A stretch of DNA of 64,000 bases from Acidimicrobiaceae bacterium. Its GTDB lineage: Bacteria; Actinomycetota; Acidimicrobiia; Acidimicrobiales; Aldehydirespiratoraceae. Positions 62,603 to 64,000 of the stretch are shown piece after piece. Each line of letters starts with the position of its first letter. The first letter of the stretch is position 1. The translations under genes and the position numbers were made by a program. The notes under the pieces are model-generated. The model was not told where the DNA came from. It saw nothing but the letters and a program-made list of their open reading frames with translations, and did not search any database. The DNA lies in assembly GCA_009835735.1 (NCBI GenBank), contig VXWX01000076.1, forward strand, positions 420 to 64,419. The letters are read 5' to 3'.

Positions 62603-63520
62603 CTATAGCTCGGTGACGCCGATGGCGTGCTCGCCTGAGGCGGCGTAGAACAGCCATCGCCGGTCGCCGGCGTCGAGCAGGCACGGGTCGCGCAGGCCGT
62701 TCTGGGGCGAGGCCGCCAAACCTCTCGCCACCGGCTTTAGCGGCTCGTCGGCACCCTCCCACGGCTCGGTGGGTCGCATGACCTCGCTGACCGGTCCGGG
62801 TTTCCAGTCGCGCCAGTCCGGTGACGTGTCGATCACCGTGCGGTAGATCCGCTCCGGCGCCTCGAAGCAGCGGGTGAACAGCATCTCCAGTTCCCGGCGG
62901 TCCGGCCGGTAGGACACACAGCAGTGGCGGATCTCGTCGTCGTCGAACAGCATCGGTCCGTACTCGAAACCGCTCAGACCGTCGGCCGAGCGCACCACCT
63001 GAGACGGCATGGCCACGCCGTACCAGGCGTCGCCGGCGTGGAACATCCGCAGATAGCTGGGCGACACCGCTACCACCGGCTCAACCAACGCGAAGTCTCG
63101 ACCGGTGCCGGAGGTAGCCACCATGGTCTTCTGGTTCAACGACGGGTAGACGTTCCAGCACGGCAGGTGGCCGCCGACCGACTCAGGGACCATCCCGTGG
63201 AAGTACATGACGAAGCGCTGCCGCTGGTGGTCGGTGTGGACGTCGGGCGAGGCGATGTGGGGCTGGCGGTCCGACGGGGTGTCGTCCACGTTGAGCACGT
63301 CGGGCTCGACCATGCGCCACGGCCCGGTTGGCTCGTCGGCGGCGGCCAGGCGGATCGACTGGCCGACGTGGTGCGCGAAGTACATGAGATAGCGGCCCGG
63401 CCGGTCGGGCATCCATTCGGGTGCAGCCAGCACCGAAGGCCCGTTCACGTTGAACCGGTCATGATCGCGGGGGATGCCGGGCGTGCCGGCGTCGAGCACG
63501 CGGACGCGGGTCTGGGTCAT
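62603..63520 (-). CDS. Hypothetical protein, possibly a GH43/GH117-like beta-propeller fold
   Basis: 305 aa, clean ORF. 'GPSVL...YLMYFAHH', 'PWEG' and 'LRDPCLLDAGDRRWLFYAASGEHAIG' loosely recall five-bladed-propeller glycosidases. No catalytic motif verified. Confidence 0.35.
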   Translation of the reverse strand: MTQTRVRVLDAGTPGIPRDHDRFNVNGPSVLAAPEWMPDRPGRYLMYFAHHVGQSIRLAAADEPTGPWRMVEPDVLNVDDTPSDRQPHIASPDVHTDHQRQRFVMYFHGMVPESVGGHLPCWNVYPSLNQKTMVATSGTGRDFALVEPVVAVSPSYLRMFHAGDAWYGVAMPSQVVRSADGLSGFEYGPMLFDDDEIRHCCVSYRPDRRELEMLFTRCFEAPERIYRTVIDTSPDWRDWKPGPVSEVMRPTEPWEGADEPLKPVARGLAASPQNGLRDPCLLDAGDRRWLFYAASGEHAIGVTEL

Positions 63521-63545
63521 CGACGGCTCATCGCCGATCGAGGGG

Positions 63546-64000
63546 TCACTTGCTGCCGGGGAAGCCGTGGGCTCCGAGCAGGGGCACGAAGCGGACGGGC
63601 GTGAGACGCTCCTCGCGGTACTCCTCGCCCGGCGAGCCGTTACCGCCGCTGTGCGTGTCCTGCTGGCCGCGCCGCGTGTAGCGCATGAGGTGCTGGTGAC
63701 CGTACCGCGGACCGATCGGTATCACCAGTCGCCCGCCCGGCGCGAGCTGCTCCAGCAGGGGAGTCGGGGGCGCCGGACCGGCCGCAGTGACGACGATGGC
63801 GTCATAGGGCGCTTCTTCGGGCCATCCCAGCGTGCCGTCGCCGACCACGACAGTCACGTCTCCCAGTCCTTGGGTGGCCAGTGCGGCCCGGGCCTTCTCC
63901 GCCAGTGCCGGTCGCCGTTCGATGGTCACCACCCGGCCGGCCAGGGCCCGCAGCACCAGCGCTCCGTACCCGGAGCCGGCCCCGACCTCGAGCACGCAGT
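63546..64000 (-). CDS. pcm: Protein-L-isoaspartate O-methyltransferase (5' end beyond the window)
   Basis: 'LEVGAGSGYGA', 'GDGTLGWPEEAPYDAIVVTAA', 'GGRLVIPIG'. The ORF runs off the right edge. Confidence 0.8.
   Translation of the reverse strand, partial: CVLEVGAGSGYGALVLRALAGRVVTIERRPALAEKARAALATQGLGDVTVVVGDGTLGWPEEAPYDAIVVTAAGPAPPTPLLEQLAPGGRLVIPIGPRYGHQHLMRYTRRGQQDTHSGGNGSPGEEYREERLTPVRFVPLLGAHGFPGSK

Overview
High-G+C, actinobacterial-type chromosomal segment that is densely coding, with about 60 genes, mostly central or peripheral metabolism. I recognised no rRNA, tRNA, CRISPR array, transposase or integrase.

Main gene content:
- Two xanthine-dehydrogenase-family molybdoenzyme loci: 0.1-3.7 kb, and 35.8-39.6 kb where the Moco subunit is split into two translationally coupled ORFs.
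- A Cu(I) P-type ATPase, a TPP enzyme, and a secreted 5'-nucleotidase with a LysM tail.
- An SDR / extended-SDR / fatty-acid-hydroxylase / VOC cluster.
- A Liv-type ABC importer and a NarL-type two-component pair.
- An ECF sigma factor coupled to a membrane protein with 14 RCC1-like blades.
- Methylmalonyl-CoA mutase plus MeaB, IspD/IspF, a P450, F420/LLM, ACAD and NMO enzymes, and housekeeping genes (engB, fpg-like, pcm).

One clear accessory insert: a roughly 8 kb lower-GC islet (about 4.0-12.3 kb). It carries a complete type I R-M operon (an extra single-TRD HsdS-like gene, hsdM, hsdS, hsdR, and a DUF45 zincin), followed by a retropepsin-like protease plus small-protein pair.

The strongest signal not explained by genes is a family of ~46-nt nested-hairpin intergenic repeats (AATTGGCAGC...CTAT(A)GGGG...GCTGCCAGTT).
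- It has 8 full copies, 1 truncated copy and 1 degenerate copy between 23 and 62.6 kb.
- All copies are in the same orientation.
- The inner stem shows compensatory changes.
- Two doublets sit in an identical 72-nt register.

All functional calls come from motif and family recognition by eye; no database search was run.
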